Source: Clostridia bacterium
Lineage (GTDB): Bacteria; Bacillota; Clostridia; Oscillospirales; CAG-272
NCBI GenBank assembly: GCA_017450885.1
Contig: JAFSSR010000011.1
Location: forward strand, 1-43,501
Length of the DNA: 43,501 nt
Reading direction: 5' to 3'
How positions within the stretch are numbered: position 1 is the stretch's first letter; each line of letters starts with the position of its first letter. Position numbers and translations under genes: made by a program. Of this stretch, positions 17,984 to 28,067 are shown in pieces. Below the pieces are notes generated by a model. The model was not told the origin of the DNA, did no database searches, and saw only the letters and a program-made list of their open reading frames with translations.

Positions 17984-19945
17984 TTATTTCTTACCTTTAC
18001 CTGACTCTTTTTTCGGAGCGGACCGTTTTACGGCCTTGTCCGGCTTCTTTTGCGGAACGGGCTTTTTATCTTTTTCGCGCGCTTCTTCAAGCATTTCGCG
18101 CATGATCTTGTCGCGCAGATCCTCATCGGTCATCGCTTTTTCCGAACCCGCCGACGCCTTCGCCGCGGCGCGGCTCTTTTGCATATGATTGCGGGTGATC
18201 ATTATCACCGCGACTACAAGGATCATTAAGCCGAGCGCGACTCCAACGTACATCGCGAATTGTCCGCCCGTAATCCCCCAGCGAGAGGTTCTGCCGGTGA
18301 TCTTGTAGAGATTTCCGTTTGAGTCAACAAGACCGCTCCCGCCATACTCACCATACATTGAAGGAGGCACTATTGAATTATCACGCGAAACTCCCTTAAC
18401 ATCTATCCCGATGAAATAGTCAGTACGCTTATCAATATTTGCAAGATAAAACCAGGCGTTCCCGTATGTATCTATCCAAACATTCTGAATGTTCTCATAA
18501 TCCGAACCGTTTTTTTGATAGAGAGTAGCGTAACGACCCGCATTGGAAAGGCCAAGTTTGACTTTGACTTTGACGTTGAAATCGTGATCGGATCCAAAGC
18601 TGATACCGTAAACTCTTTCACTGTCTATTCCTTCGATCGACTCTTCAATATCTTTCAAAACATACGAGAAATCATAGACCTCATCTGCACCAATGATCTC
18701 TTTATCGACTTGACTCATATCTATCTGCCAGGACGATCCATCAGATGTTGTAAACTCGACGATGATATTTTCCCCCGCATATTCAGAGATAAACTCTCCG
18801 GGAACGGTACTATCCGGGATCTGAACTGTTACAGTGATCACAGGTACATCTTCTGATGCACCGGGATCTAAGCCGTTATTGGAATCATTTACCCGTTCTA
18901 TGATCTCGTCAAGAACTTCCTCGAGTTCATTCCAACCATCTTCATTTACAATAGTTACAACAATTTCTTCTTCCCGGATCGTGGGAGTATAATCCTCATC
19001 GTACGAAACGGTATCCCCCACCGTTATGATCGAATTATCAGACTCTATAACAGTCGTGTGCGAAACCTCGTTATCCTCATTGTTTTCTGAAGCCGTTCCC
19101 GCATTCGGGTCAACGTCGTCCTGTACGATACCGCCGTTTGAAATAATGTCGTCATTATGGTTTACAATCTGGTCGTAAATATTATCCACTACCTCTCCTT
19201 TATAGTAGATAGTAGTAAGAGACGGGCAATTATAAAACGCAAGAGATCCGACATTGGTCAAACTATCCGGTAATCCAACGGCTGTTAGATTATTGCACCC
19301 GTAAAAGGTCCAGTCCGGAAGCTTTTCTATAGGGCAACGAATATCGGCACGAATCAGGTTCTCACAATAAGCAAATACGACCATTCCGAAAAAATCAACC
19401 GATTCCGGAATGATAATAGACGTCAAAGAAGAGCATCTGTAAAACGCTTTATCCCCGATGACCGTTATCCCCTCCTCAAGACGTATACCGTTTAAAGAAG
19501 CACAGTTTTCAAAAGCCGATTCTGAGATAGCAAAGACATTTCCGGGAAGATTAAGATATGCAAGTGAAACGCAGCCCTTGAACGCACGTATGCCTATTTC
19601 GCGAAGAGTGGACGGCAAAACTACGTTGGCAAGACTCTTGCAATCAAAAAATGTCAATTCTCCGATAGTGGTTACGCCCTCCTCAATGACAGCAGACGTT
19701 ATCTCATCTGCATATTTATACCAGGGCGGCATATTATTATCGGAGAAATTTGTCATTGCACCCGAACCGGAAACGGTCAGTCTGCCCCCGTTATATGTCC
19801 ATGTAAGATTATCTCCGCACGAACCGTTTTCTGCGGCAGACGCCTCCATACGCGGCAACATCAAGACACACATTACGACCGCACACAGCAAGACAAAAGT
19901 ATTCTTGATCATTAAGCGCACGCTTATTCTTCTTGAAGAACTCAT
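17984..19945 (-). CDS. BspA-type leucine-rich-repeat surface protein with C-terminal membrane anchor
   Basis: Sec signal (ASA|AE), GSCGDNLTW..G.LTVSGSGAM cap, repeats of IG..AF..C.SL..I.LP, acidic middle, C-terminal TM (FAMYVGVALGLMILVVAVIMI) and Lys-rich tail. Confidence 0.88.
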   Translation of the reverse strand: MSSSRRISVRLMIKNTFVLLCAVVMCVLMLPRMEASAAENGSCGDNLTWTYNGGRLTVSGSGAMTNFSDNNMPPWYKYADEITSAVIEEGVTTIGELTFFDCKSLANVVLPSTLREIGIRAFKGCVSLAYLNLPGNVFAISESAFENCASLNGIRLEEGITVIGDKAFYRCSSLTSIIIPESVDFFGMVVFAYCENLIRADIRCPIEKLPDWTFYGCNNLTAVGLPDSLTNVGSLAFYNCPSLTTIYYKGEVVDNIYDQIVNHNDDIISNGGIVQDDVDPNAGTASENNEDNEVSHTTVIESDNSIITVGDTVSYDEDYTPTIREEEIVVTIVNEDGWNELEEVLDEIIERVNDSNNGLDPGASEDVPVITVTVQIPDSTVPGEFISEYAGENIIVEFTTSDGSSWQIDMSQVDKEIIGADEVYDFSYVLKDIEESIEGIDSERVYGISFGSDHDFNVKVKVKLGLSNAGRYATLYQKNGSDYENIQNVWIDTYGNAWFYLANIDKRTDYFIGIDVKGVSRDNSIVPPSMYGEYGGSGLVDSNGNLYKITGRTSRWGITGGQFAMYVGVALGLMILVVAVIMITRNHMQKSRAAAKASAGSEKAMTDEDLRDKIMREMLEEAREKDKKPVPQKKPDKAVKRSAPKKESGKGKK

Positions 19946-20021
19946 TGTTTTTCCTTTAAATACAGAAACAAATTAAAGCAACCGCTAAACTGAATAAAGA
20001 CAAAACCTACGCTGTTTTTAA

Positions 20022-20750
20022 CTATTCTTCTTTCGTATCGGTGTTTTCGGATACGCTGTCTTCAACAGAACTCTCCGCGACAGGGTCCGTATTATTGCCT
20101 TTGTTTATCAACCGGTAAAAGACGATCCAGGCGATCGCGATCAGCACCGCAACTATCGACCAGAAATTGCCTGCCGGAAGCTTCCAGACAAAAGGCGTCG
20201 TTTCCCTGAGCAGATTAAGGCCGAAACGTGTAACTCCATATAAGATGAGGAAGACCGGATAGACAAGATCGCGGAAAGCCCCCTTGGCAATGAAGACGAT
20301 CAGAATGAGCATCAGGACTATCGCCACGATCATTTCGACCAACTGACTTGGGAATCTTTTTTCCACTCCATCCGCGCCAACGTGTAAGACCATTCCTTTG
20401 CAGCATCCGGTAGTTAGACATTTTACCTTGTTCAACGCAAGCATAGCGCAGACCGCCGGAGCACAGGCGTCCATAAGCTCACCGTATTTCATCCTGATCA
20501 AGAGTGAAACAAAAATAAAACAAGCAGGAATCAACAATATTGATCCGTAGAATGAGATCCCGCTCCAGCGACCGTTTTCAATATAATATAATAAATATGC
20601 GCCAAAGGTTCCGGATACAGTCAACACAATATTGATAATCGGAATTTTCCAGATAGGAATCTTTATCCATCTTCTGCAAATCACCATTACGATTATCATA
20701 AGCACAGTTCCGATTGCCAGCGGGATGATTCTCTCCAAATTCATAATCAT
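20022..20750 (-). CDS. Divergent prolipoprotein diacylglyceryl transferase (Lgt)-like membrane protein
   Basis: GISFYG, D..AP, CLTTGCCKG, RFPSQLVE, YGVTRF..N.LR align with Lgt motifs; about 7 TM helices. Confidence 0.75.
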   Translation of the reverse strand: MIMNLERIIPLAIGTVLMIIVMVICRRWIKIPIWKIPIINIVLTVSGTFGAYLLYYIENGRWSGISFYGSILLIPACFIFVSLLIRMKYGELMDACAPAVCAMLALNKVKCLTTGCCKGMVLHVGADGVEKRFPSQLVEMIVAIVLMLILIVFIAKGAFRDLVYPVFLILYGVTRFGLNLLRETTPFVWKLPAGNFWSIVAVLIAIAWIVFYRLINKGNNTDPVAESSVEDSVSENTDTKEE

Positions 20751-20819
20751 ATCCTTTCTTTACAGAGTATGCATACTTCTTCCTCTAATGAGGAAGAAGT
20801 ATGCATCAATAGTCCTGAA

Positions 20820-23800
20820 TTAATTTGGCAAAGTAGGTTCTGCCGTTCTGATCCAGTTATTATCATACGGATCGCTTGAATTGCCCCATCCAAAGCCATT
20901 GCTCGACGGGTTTTTAGGATATGCCTGACTTGCGGCTGTGTTTGCAGCCGTTTGACTTGCGGTACTGCTTTGCCTACTTCCAGTAATTGTTTTGGTGATG
21001 GGATTGATATCCTGAATAGTCTGTGTAGTAAATGTTTCAGTACTCTCATCGACCATTACCTTGCTCTTTGCCCCAATGATAGGATCTGCCACAAATGAGC
21101 CGGAAACAGTAACTGTATCTCCGGGATTGTACCTTACGCCGTTGATCATCCATCCGACCAAATGATTTACAACGTCATAGGTCGTTGCAGTCGTAGTCTT
21201 GGAATAGGACTTCGTCACACGGGTATAGACTTTGCAAGTAAATGTAGGTGTTGAGTAATAAGTCTTAGTACAAGTACCAGAAGATTCCTCCTTATAACTA
21301 ACTGCGCTTATATATCCCAGATTGGTCTCTGTCGTATTATTAAGAGTCCACTCAGCGTCTCCGGTAGCTTCTACAGACTGACCGGAAATCTCACCGATGT
21401 CCGTGGGAAGAACACATTCAAACGGCAAGCCGTCTTCGCTTATCTGCGCCTCAACTGAAGCATATCCTATCGCTCTTGTAAACGAGATGGAAGGAGGCGT
21501 CTCGTTGGTCTGATGGAACGTAACGGAATGTGCAAGCTCTGCGTTATACGTAACTCCGCCCGACACCACGTTGATACTGCTTACAGTCTGTGATCCTGCA
21601 AATCTACACATCTCGTATGTGAAATCAGAGTCGTCGCACCATCCTCCGTTTTTAGTTGTATCTGTATCGATATGGCCGAATTCTTTTGTATTGCTGAAAG
21701 AACTCGGGCTGAACGAATATGAAGTTGAATTACTGGTACTTGCAGCGTTGGGAACGGTGAACGACGCCGACGTAAACGCCGAACCAATATTCGAAAGAGA
21801 AGCCGTAACTTCGGGCAGAGTGTAGTGTACGACATTTTTATACTCGTTCTCGCCCACCTGTATCTGGTCGCCTGAATTATCTGCGGAAATGTAGGCGTTT
21901 ACATAGTAGTCGTTGAAGAAGTTCTTTACTTGCAGAGTTTTATTGGAATTCCATAGATAATCCTGATCATCGGTCGCCTGATAGATCGTAACCTCCTCCG
22001 AAACGCTCGGGCTTACTCCGGTGATCTTTACAGTAGGCTTTAATGAGTAGACCTGGAAGTCGGAGAAGTTATAGTCAAGGTCGACCTCGTTTCCGTTAAG
22101 ATAAACCTTTCCGGTGACGCCGTATTTACCCGCCAGCAAGCTGTACGAACCGGTCGTATACGGTATACCATTTGAAGTATTGCCTCCCGCGGTCAGATTA
22201 ACGGTAATATTCTCAAGGTCGTTATTGCCCGACCAGCTGTACCCTCCGTTGGGAGCGGTTTTTCCGTCCTTGTAGGTGAATGTCAGCTTAATGGCCAGAT
22301 CATCCAGTTTTGCGTACTCTGCAGTACGTTCAACGCCCGCTTTATCAAAGTAAGTAACACGAGCGGTGACGGTAATATCCGGATTCTGAGCGGCAAGGAA
22401 CAGCCCGTGTACCGTTTCGTCGGTCTTTCCGAGTACAAGGCCCCTCTGTCTTATCGTATACTTGAGATTGCTCTCGGGTCCCTTAGATTTGATCGTGATC
22501 TTTTGAGGCACGCCGTGCTCGCCCGGTCCTACGGAGAAGGTGGAATTATCCGCCATAGTAAGGACAAGGGATTCTACTGTATAATCACCGACATACTGAG
22601 CGGCAAAGTCCTGGCTGACAGACCAGGTCCCGTCGGTCCCGTCCGTGTTGAACTTGATGCTGGGCTTACGTGAATAGCCTGACACGATATATCCGTAACT
22701 ACGATCGGTGTTGTCCACATAGCTCAGATTGAGAGTAATATCGGATACCTTCATTCCGGGAATAGCGCGGCCATCGTTATCAAGCAGGGACACCGACATA
22801 CCCGTTTCTCTTGCCATCTGATGCTCTGACATAAATTCGGAATTGCTGCCGCCGAGATCAGTCGAGCTGCTTACGATCATTTCCAGATTGACCGAGCATG
22901 AGACTATGGTCGAGAGCGGTTCAAAATCGTATCCTCCTTCTCCGTCTGTCCAGACCAGCTTATTACTGATAGTGTGTTCTTGTTTATTAGTATCCATAAC
23001 GTCCCACAAGCTGATGCTCTTGACAGTCCATAAGCCCTCTTGTGTAAGGTCGCCGAATCTTCCGTCTTCAAGCTCCGGACGATATGTGGGAAGATTGATG
23101 TACCATGCGCCGCCGGTATAATAGATCGTGCCTTTCTTACCTGCGTCGGCGCTCTGAACTATCTCATAATCCTCGTTGGAAATACTGTTATGAACTACCG
23201 CGGAAATGAACGCTGTATCGGAGTTGTTGATCCTGATAGGACCGATAAACGCGTCAAGCGAGACCGGAGCAAACTGAACGTTATCCTCTCCGTGATAAGT
23301 GCTTGCCGACGACGTATTATAAGTTACGGGATCGGGGTTCTTGATCGTAAACGTAGGATACGAAGATGCGCTGGTTATCCTGTTGTTTCCGATAGTAACG
23401 TCATAGAATTTATATATACCGGGTCTAATGATAGAAAGCGTACCGGCGTAGTTTAGTTTTTCATTATCCCATTCGAGAGGAGTATCAACTGTATCGGTCC
23501 CGGATCCTCCTCTGGAATAAGTCAGGACCGCCCCGTCCAGATTGGTAAGTTCCTGACCTGAGTTGTCTTTTAGGACCACGGTAACATCTTTTGCAAATGT
23601 TTGATTTGCCACAAAGAAGTCTCTTGTTCCGCTGTCTGTCTCGATCTCCGCCGTAATTCCGACCGACAGTTTCAGCACCTTGACAAACGCCGAGCTATAA
23701 CTGCTCAAATCGAACCACTCGCCGTCTATCACTACGTACTGAAGCGTATACAATCCGGACGTTCCGAAGTTTGCGGTGCCTTCCCATTGCATAGTAACCG

Positions 23801-26570
23801 CGTTGAAAACCATCTTTGCGCTGACGTTATTTCCGGTTGAACTGCTGAACACCGCCCTTACGGAAGAAGAGCTTGTCACCGCTTCACTCGAACCGAAGCT
23901 GATATAGAGGTTCTCCGGATAGTTGTTTGCTGCAGTATATACGGAGGCGTAATTCTCCGGCTCTCCCCACATTACGTATTCCGGGGCAAATCCGGTAATG
24001 CTAACGCTTATCGGATCATTGAGCCAATACTTAACGCCGTCAAGCATGACCTCACGGAGATAATAGTTTCCCGGCGCGTTGAATGTGTATGTTGCTTCCC
24101 ATATCCCGTCGCCCTTGTCAGTAAACGTTTCGGAGGGCATACGTTTACCCTGCATACTGTTGATCGCTCTCTGGAAGAATGCGGAAACGTTTGCGGGGGA
24201 ATCACCCTCGACCGTTAACGTGACCTTGACATTAAGATCGTCTTCTCCGTACACCAGTTCGGTTTTGTTTACCGAGGCGCTTATGACACGCTTTGCATTT
24301 TCGAGAGCATAGTCTCCGGCGGGGTACAATTTTTCAGAAGATGTAAACTGGAAATTGAGCTGACCCTGGATATTGGACGACGCCATAACGTCTTCATTTC
24401 CGAGCATCGAGCCCTCAAGGTATATCAACGCAGTCAACATCGTGGAGACGTTTTTCTGCAAAGGCATGATACCGTATATAGGATTGCCTTCTCCGTCGAG
24501 TACCCGCTCTGAAATATATTCCTCTCCCTCATTGGGTTCTTCACCTTCATTGGGAAGGCGTTTGACCGTCAGCGGTTCTGTGATCACGAGAGGGACCGTG
24601 ACCTTTCCGTTTACGGCGTAATAATCTTCTACATTGAGCTTTGCGGTTGCAAGGAGAACTCCGTCAGCGTCAATAAATACTACGCGGAATGCATCCAGCA
24701 GTTTAAGGAAGCGTCCTTGATCGTCAGGAGAATCGGCATAGAATATGAAACAGCTGCCGCTTCCCTGAGTTGTACTGTCATTGGTGATAAGAAGGTTGTC
24801 GTCATTATCCCAGATACGGTTAGATCCCTGGTACCCGGAAACCGTGGTTTCAAGCTTCTGCTTTTCCGAGGGCGTTCCGATAACCGTTACTTCATTGTTA
24901 GTCTCGTTTCTATACCATTTTCCGTCTTTTCTATAAACGTCAACTTCGATCTCTGTGCCGTTGTGATCTTCTTTTGCGGTATAGAGAGGAACCTGAACTC
25001 CATCCCCGTCATAGCCCATCACTCTTACAAAACGTTCCTCAGCGTCCGCAGCCCCGTCAAGAAGAAGATATGAATCGTCGATATTTGTCCGAACCCAAAG
25101 ATCGAGCGCAAGTCCGTAATTATCGGTCGCTATCTTACTTAGGCCCGGCGTGAGCTGCTTAGCCTTCTCCTCGGCAGAAGCAGAATTTGATTCACTGTAT
25201 GCATTACCGGAAGCGTTTGTCTTAAGATTGGCATTATTAATCTTGGAAAAAAGCGGTACGCCCGACAGGGGTATCGTCATAGTGATATCCATCCTATAAC
25301 TTGCCGGGACGGCAATCTGCTCGAATTGTTTAAGATATCCGTTGGTCAAGACCACATGGGGTGAGTTTGTCATCCCAAGTGCATCTGAAGTACCGATACT
25401 GCTTATCGGCGTACCGTTAACAGTAGCAGTACCGGCGGACGTAAGCCTTGAAATAATATCATCAATTTGTCCGAATGTATATTCCGTATTATTCTGTTCG
25501 CTATCCTCCTTCATCGTCTTCAACGTAGCAAGGTCCTTCCCTGCCTGGGTATAGGATGTAATAAAGTCGGTAAGACCGGTCAATGATACTATCTTGTCTG
25601 TACTGACGGCGTTAACCGTCTTCGTGTTATACTTTGCTTTGTCTCTGCTGATCTCTTCCCAAGTCAATTCAACGTATTCTTTCCCATCGGGAGACAACGA
25701 ATTAACAAAACGCTGGAAGTTGGCAAGCTCCGTAAATGTGGTTTTCTGCAATTCCATTGCTTTATAAAATTCGTTATATAAATTATATATTTTTGCAAGA
25801 TCGGATTTAGATATTACAGTATTCGCAGTCGCGTCTTCATCACCGTTTAATTTTTCCTTGGCTTTTCCGCTGATAACAATAGAAAGCAATGACTTTAATC
25901 CGTTAATATTATCGGCAGACAGGGCTTTCTGTTTATATTGAATGCCAACCGCTGTTATTGCATTTTTGACTCTCTGATTGGCACGGGATATAGTTGTCAG
26001 CAGCGCTTGTGTATCAGCTTCTGCGACTATCTCTTCGTATGCAGCAACAGCCCGAACGCCTTTGTCTCCATCGCCTTCTATAGCCTTAAACTGATAACCG
26101 TCCCAAGACGCAAACATATAGTTTGTATCCCGAGAGGTAATACGTCCGTCCGAACCGTATTCCGCGCCGAACAGCGGGTTATTATTAAGTCCGTCAGCGT
26201 TAAGTGTCGCGGGGCGGAGTGAGATATTCTGGATACCGTAAACCGGGTCAGACAAGTTGACAAGGTTTCCCCACGTAATATTCGCGCGGGCAATATCATT
26301 ATCGACCGCCGAAGAATCACCACGACCGGATGTCGGGTACTCAGTCCCGTCGCCATGTACAAGGGCGATTTCAAGACTGCCGTTTGCAGAAACGGTAGTA
26401 TTGATAGAATTAACTTCCGGTTTAGAAGAAAGAGTGATCCATGCGAAAGTCGCGGATACCATCATCGTGATAGCAACCACGAGCATTAACACAGCTCCGG
26501 CTACACGTTCTTTCATACCCGGGAGACAGCGCTCATATAGTTCTATCTTCTTTTTAGTCTCGGCTCTCAC
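20820..26570 (-). CDS. Giant (1916 aa) SipW-type secreted protein: N-terminal fibre-subunit domain plus tandem Ig-like modules (putative tip adhesin)
   Basis: Signal ...MMVSATFA|WITLSSKPEV; shares NGSLEIAL, TWGNLVNLSD, YGSDGR, DLWVRTN, AFRVVF, IYLEG, LNFQF with other cluster proteins; recurring G.Y.L..V beta modules. Confidence 0.8.
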   Translation of the reverse strand: MRAETKKKIELYERCLPGMKERVAGAVLMLVVAITMMVSATFAWITLSSKPEVNSINTTVSANGSLEIALVHGDGTEYPTSGRGDSSAVDNDIARANITWGNLVNLSDPVYGIQNISLRPATLNADGLNNNPLFGAEYGSDGRITSRDTNYMFASWDGYQFKAIEGDGDKGVRAVAAYEEIVAEADTQALLTTISRANQRVKNAITAVGIQYKQKALSADNINGLKSLLSIVISGKAKEKLNGDEDATANTVISKSDLAKIYNLYNEFYKAMELQKTTFTELANFQRFVNSLSPDGKEYVELTWEEISRDKAKYNTKTVNAVSTDKIVSLTGLTDFITSYTQAGKDLATLKTMKEDSEQNNTEYTFGQIDDIISRLTSAGTATVNGTPISSIGTSDALGMTNSPHVVLTNGYLKQFEQIAVPASYRMDITMTIPLSGVPLFSKINNANLKTNASGNAYSESNSASAEEKAKQLTPGLSKIATDNYGLALDLWVRTNIDDSYLLLDGAADAEERFVRVMGYDGDGVQVPLYTAKEDHNGTEIEVDVYRKDGKWYRNETNNEVTVIGTPSEKQKLETTVSGYQGSNRIWDNDDNLLITNDSTTQGSGSCFIFYADSPDDQGRFLKLLDAFRVVFIDADGVLLATAKLNVEDYYAVNGKVTVPLVITEPLTVKRLPNEGEEPNEGEEYISERVLDGEGNPIYGIMPLQKNVSTMLTALIYLEGSMLGNEDVMASSNIQGQLNFQFTSSEKLYPAGDYALENAKRVISASVNKTELVYGEDDLNVKVTLTVEGDSPANVSAFFQRAINSMQGKRMPSETFTDKGDGIWEATYTFNAPGNYYLREVMLDGVKYWLNDPISVSITGFAPEYVMWGEPENYASVYTAANNYPENLYISFGSSEAVTSSSSVRAVFSSSTGNNVSAKMVFNAVTMQWEGTANFGTSGLYTLQYVVIDGEWFDLSSYSSAFVKVLKLSVGITAEIETDSGTRDFFVANQTFAKDVTVVLKDNSGQELTNLDGAVLTYSRGGSGTDTVDTPLEWDNEKLNYAGTLSIIRPGIYKFYDVTIGNNRITSASSYPTFTIKNPDPVTYNTSSASTYHGEDNVQFAPVSLDAFIGPIRINNSDTAFISAVVHNSISNEDYEIVQSADAGKKGTIYYTGGAWYINLPTYRPELEDGRFGDLTQEGLWTVKSISLWDVMDTNKQEHTISNKLVWTDGEGGYDFEPLSTIVSCSVNLEMIVSSSTDLGGSNSEFMSEHQMARETGMSVSLLDNDGRAIPGMKVSDITLNLSYVDNTDRSYGYIVSGYSRKPSIKFNTDGTDGTWSVSQDFAAQYVGDYTVESLVLTMADNSTFSVGPGEHGVPQKITIKSKGPESNLKYTIRQRGLVLGKTDETVHGLFLAAQNPDITVTARVTYFDKAGVERTAEYAKLDDLAIKLTFTYKDGKTAPNGGYSWSGNNDLENITVNLTAGGNTSNGIPYTTGSYSLLAGKYGVTGKVYLNGNEVDLDYNFSDFQVYSLKPTVKITGVSPSVSEEVTIYQATDDQDYLWNSNKTLQVKNFFNDYYVNAYISADNSGDQIQVGENEYKNVVHYTLPEVTASLSNIGSAFTSASFTVPNAASTSNSTSYSFSPSSFSNTKEFGHIDTDTTKNGGWCDDSDFTYEMCRFAGSQTVSSINVVSGGVTYNAELAHSVTFHQTNETPPSISFTRAIGYASVEAQISEDGLPFECVLPTDIGEISGQSVEATGDAEWTLNNTTETNLGYISAVSYKEESSGTCTKTYYSTPTFTCKVYTRVTKSYSKTTTATTYDVVNHLVGWMINGVRYNPGDTVTVSGSFVADPIIGAKSKVMVDESTETFTTQTIQDINPITKTITGSRQSSTASQTAANTAASQAYPKNPSSNGFGWGNSSDPYDNNWIRTAEPTLPN

Positions 26571-26593
26571 CTTGATTTTCCTCCTTATGCACC

Positions 26594-28006
26594 TTATCCG
26601 TGACGGACGAAAACTATCATTTCCGTCGCGTACAAGGTGTTGTCATTAACAGTCCATGAAAAATTGATTTTGTATGTGCCCGCGGGGACGCCGGCTGTAT
26701 TGAGGGAGATGCAGCCGTCCTCGTCAGACGAAATCGTAATATCCTGCGCGATGTTCCATATCGCGCTGCCGTCCTGCTGGACGACCAGCTTTTCAGCTGA
26801 AAAGTCCGGGGTCACCCCTCCCCAGCTGTACGGCAGCCCGATGCTCGTCTCGTCGGCGACCGCAGTCACCGGGAGCCCGCCTTCCCTGTCCTCGATAGCG
26901 TCTATTTCGCGTATCTCGAAATTGGATGAGTCGGTGTAAAGCTTGAGCGTTCCGCCGTAGTCTGTGCCGGAGATGTCGATCAGCAGGTTTCCTCCGCTGT
27001 CGATATCAATATATCCCGGGTCGTAGAGGAGCGTCCTTGTTCCCTCGAACTCGTAGATCGTTCCCGCCGGGAACTTCTGCGGTTCTATTTCTCCTTCGGG
27101 TGAGATCTTCAATCTCGCCGCTCCGGAAAGAGTAAGCAGCATCGGATATCGCGAGGAGTACCAGCCGAGGGGGTCGGTAAATACTCCGTTGAGGAGGTGT
27201 TCCTCAATGAACTCCGAATTGCGCGTCTCTTCTTTTATCATTTCGACCGAAGCCGTAAGGCTTGAAGTCGCGTCCGTCCAGGCTATTTCAAAGGTCAGCC
27301 TGTCCGGAGTCAGATCTTCCGGTTCTTCGGTCTCGGCGGGGTCGGTCTCCGGCGCGGTGGTTTCCGACACGGTGGTTTCCGGCGCGGTGGTTTCGGGAGT
27401 GTCGATATCGTCGTCGTCTTCGATCATTCCGTCTCCGCCGCCGATTATTTCTTCATCGTCGTCGTCTTCTTCCAATTCTCCGCCGGCTCCGCCGTCGACG
27501 TACCTCCTGTTGGGATCGGCCGTTCCGGTCGTTTCCGCAGGACCGGTGTCTGGCTCTTCCGGTACGACGTCTACCGCTCCGGCGACGGTCGTTTCCGCTG
27601 ATGTGGTGACCGCCGGTCCCGCCGAGTCGCGTATCATCGTCACGGTCAGTTCAACGGTCTGCGATTCGCCTGCCTCCAGCGTTACGTCGGCGCTCAAAGG
27701 ATATACCGTGAACCACTCGCTCTGCGGAGCCGTGACGGTTATCCTGCCGGTGCAGGCCTCCAGCGCCGTAAGGTCGACCGGAATGACTACGCCGTCCCGC
27801 CTCATATCGAGAAGGACCTGCTGTCCGCCGCTTTTTAGCAGCCGGCTTTCGACCTTTGACGCTCCCTGCCTTTCGTAGGGACCGACCTGACCGCTCCAGG
27901 TATCCGTGTTGAGCGTTCTTGCCGAGGACGGAGCAATCAGGCAACCCACACTGCCCGCAAGCAGCGCAAAAGCCGTCAGCCAAGCCGCAGCTATTCTGTT
28001 TTTCAA
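26594..28006 (-). CDS. Secreted protein with acidic/Pro-Glu-Thr linker (accessory fibre component)
   Basis: TTG start with AAGGAG RBS; signal ending PSSA|RT; poly-acidic tract and PETT repeats; beta-rich C-terminus. Confidence 0.8.
   Translation of the reverse strand: MKNRIAAAWLTAFALLAGSVGCLIAPSSARTLNTDTWSGQVGPYERQGASKVESRLLKSGGQQVLLDMRRDGVVIPVDLTALEACTGRITVTAPQSEWFTVYPLSADVTLEAGESQTVELTVTMIRDSAGPAVTTSAETTVAGAVDVVPEEPDTGPAETTGTADPNRRYVDGGAGGELEEDDDDEEIIGGGDGMIEDDDDIDTPETTAPETTVSETTAPETDPAETEEPEDLTPDRLTFEIAWTDATSSLTASVEMIKEETRNSEFIEEHLLNGVFTDPLGWYSSRYPMLLTLSGAARLKISPEGEIEPQKFPAGTIYEFEGTRTLLYDPGYIDIDSGGNLLIDISGTDYGGTLKLYTDSSNFEIREIDAIEDREGGLPVTAVADETSIGLPYSWGGVTPDFSAEKLVVQQDGSAIWNIAQDITISSDEDGCISLNTAGVPAGTYKINFSWTVNDNTLYATEMIVFVRHG
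27325..27402 (-). repeat. 15-nt coding tandem repeat (PETTA/PETTV/SETTA/PETDP/AETEE)
   Basis: Repeated GGTGGTTTCCGG-type units; protein TPETTAPETTVSETTAPETDPAETEE. Confidence 0.7.
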
Positions 28007-28067
28007 GCGCCTTGCTCCTTTCTCCCGGAATTGTATGTCAAAAATCGTTGATGGCGTTATTTGCCCG

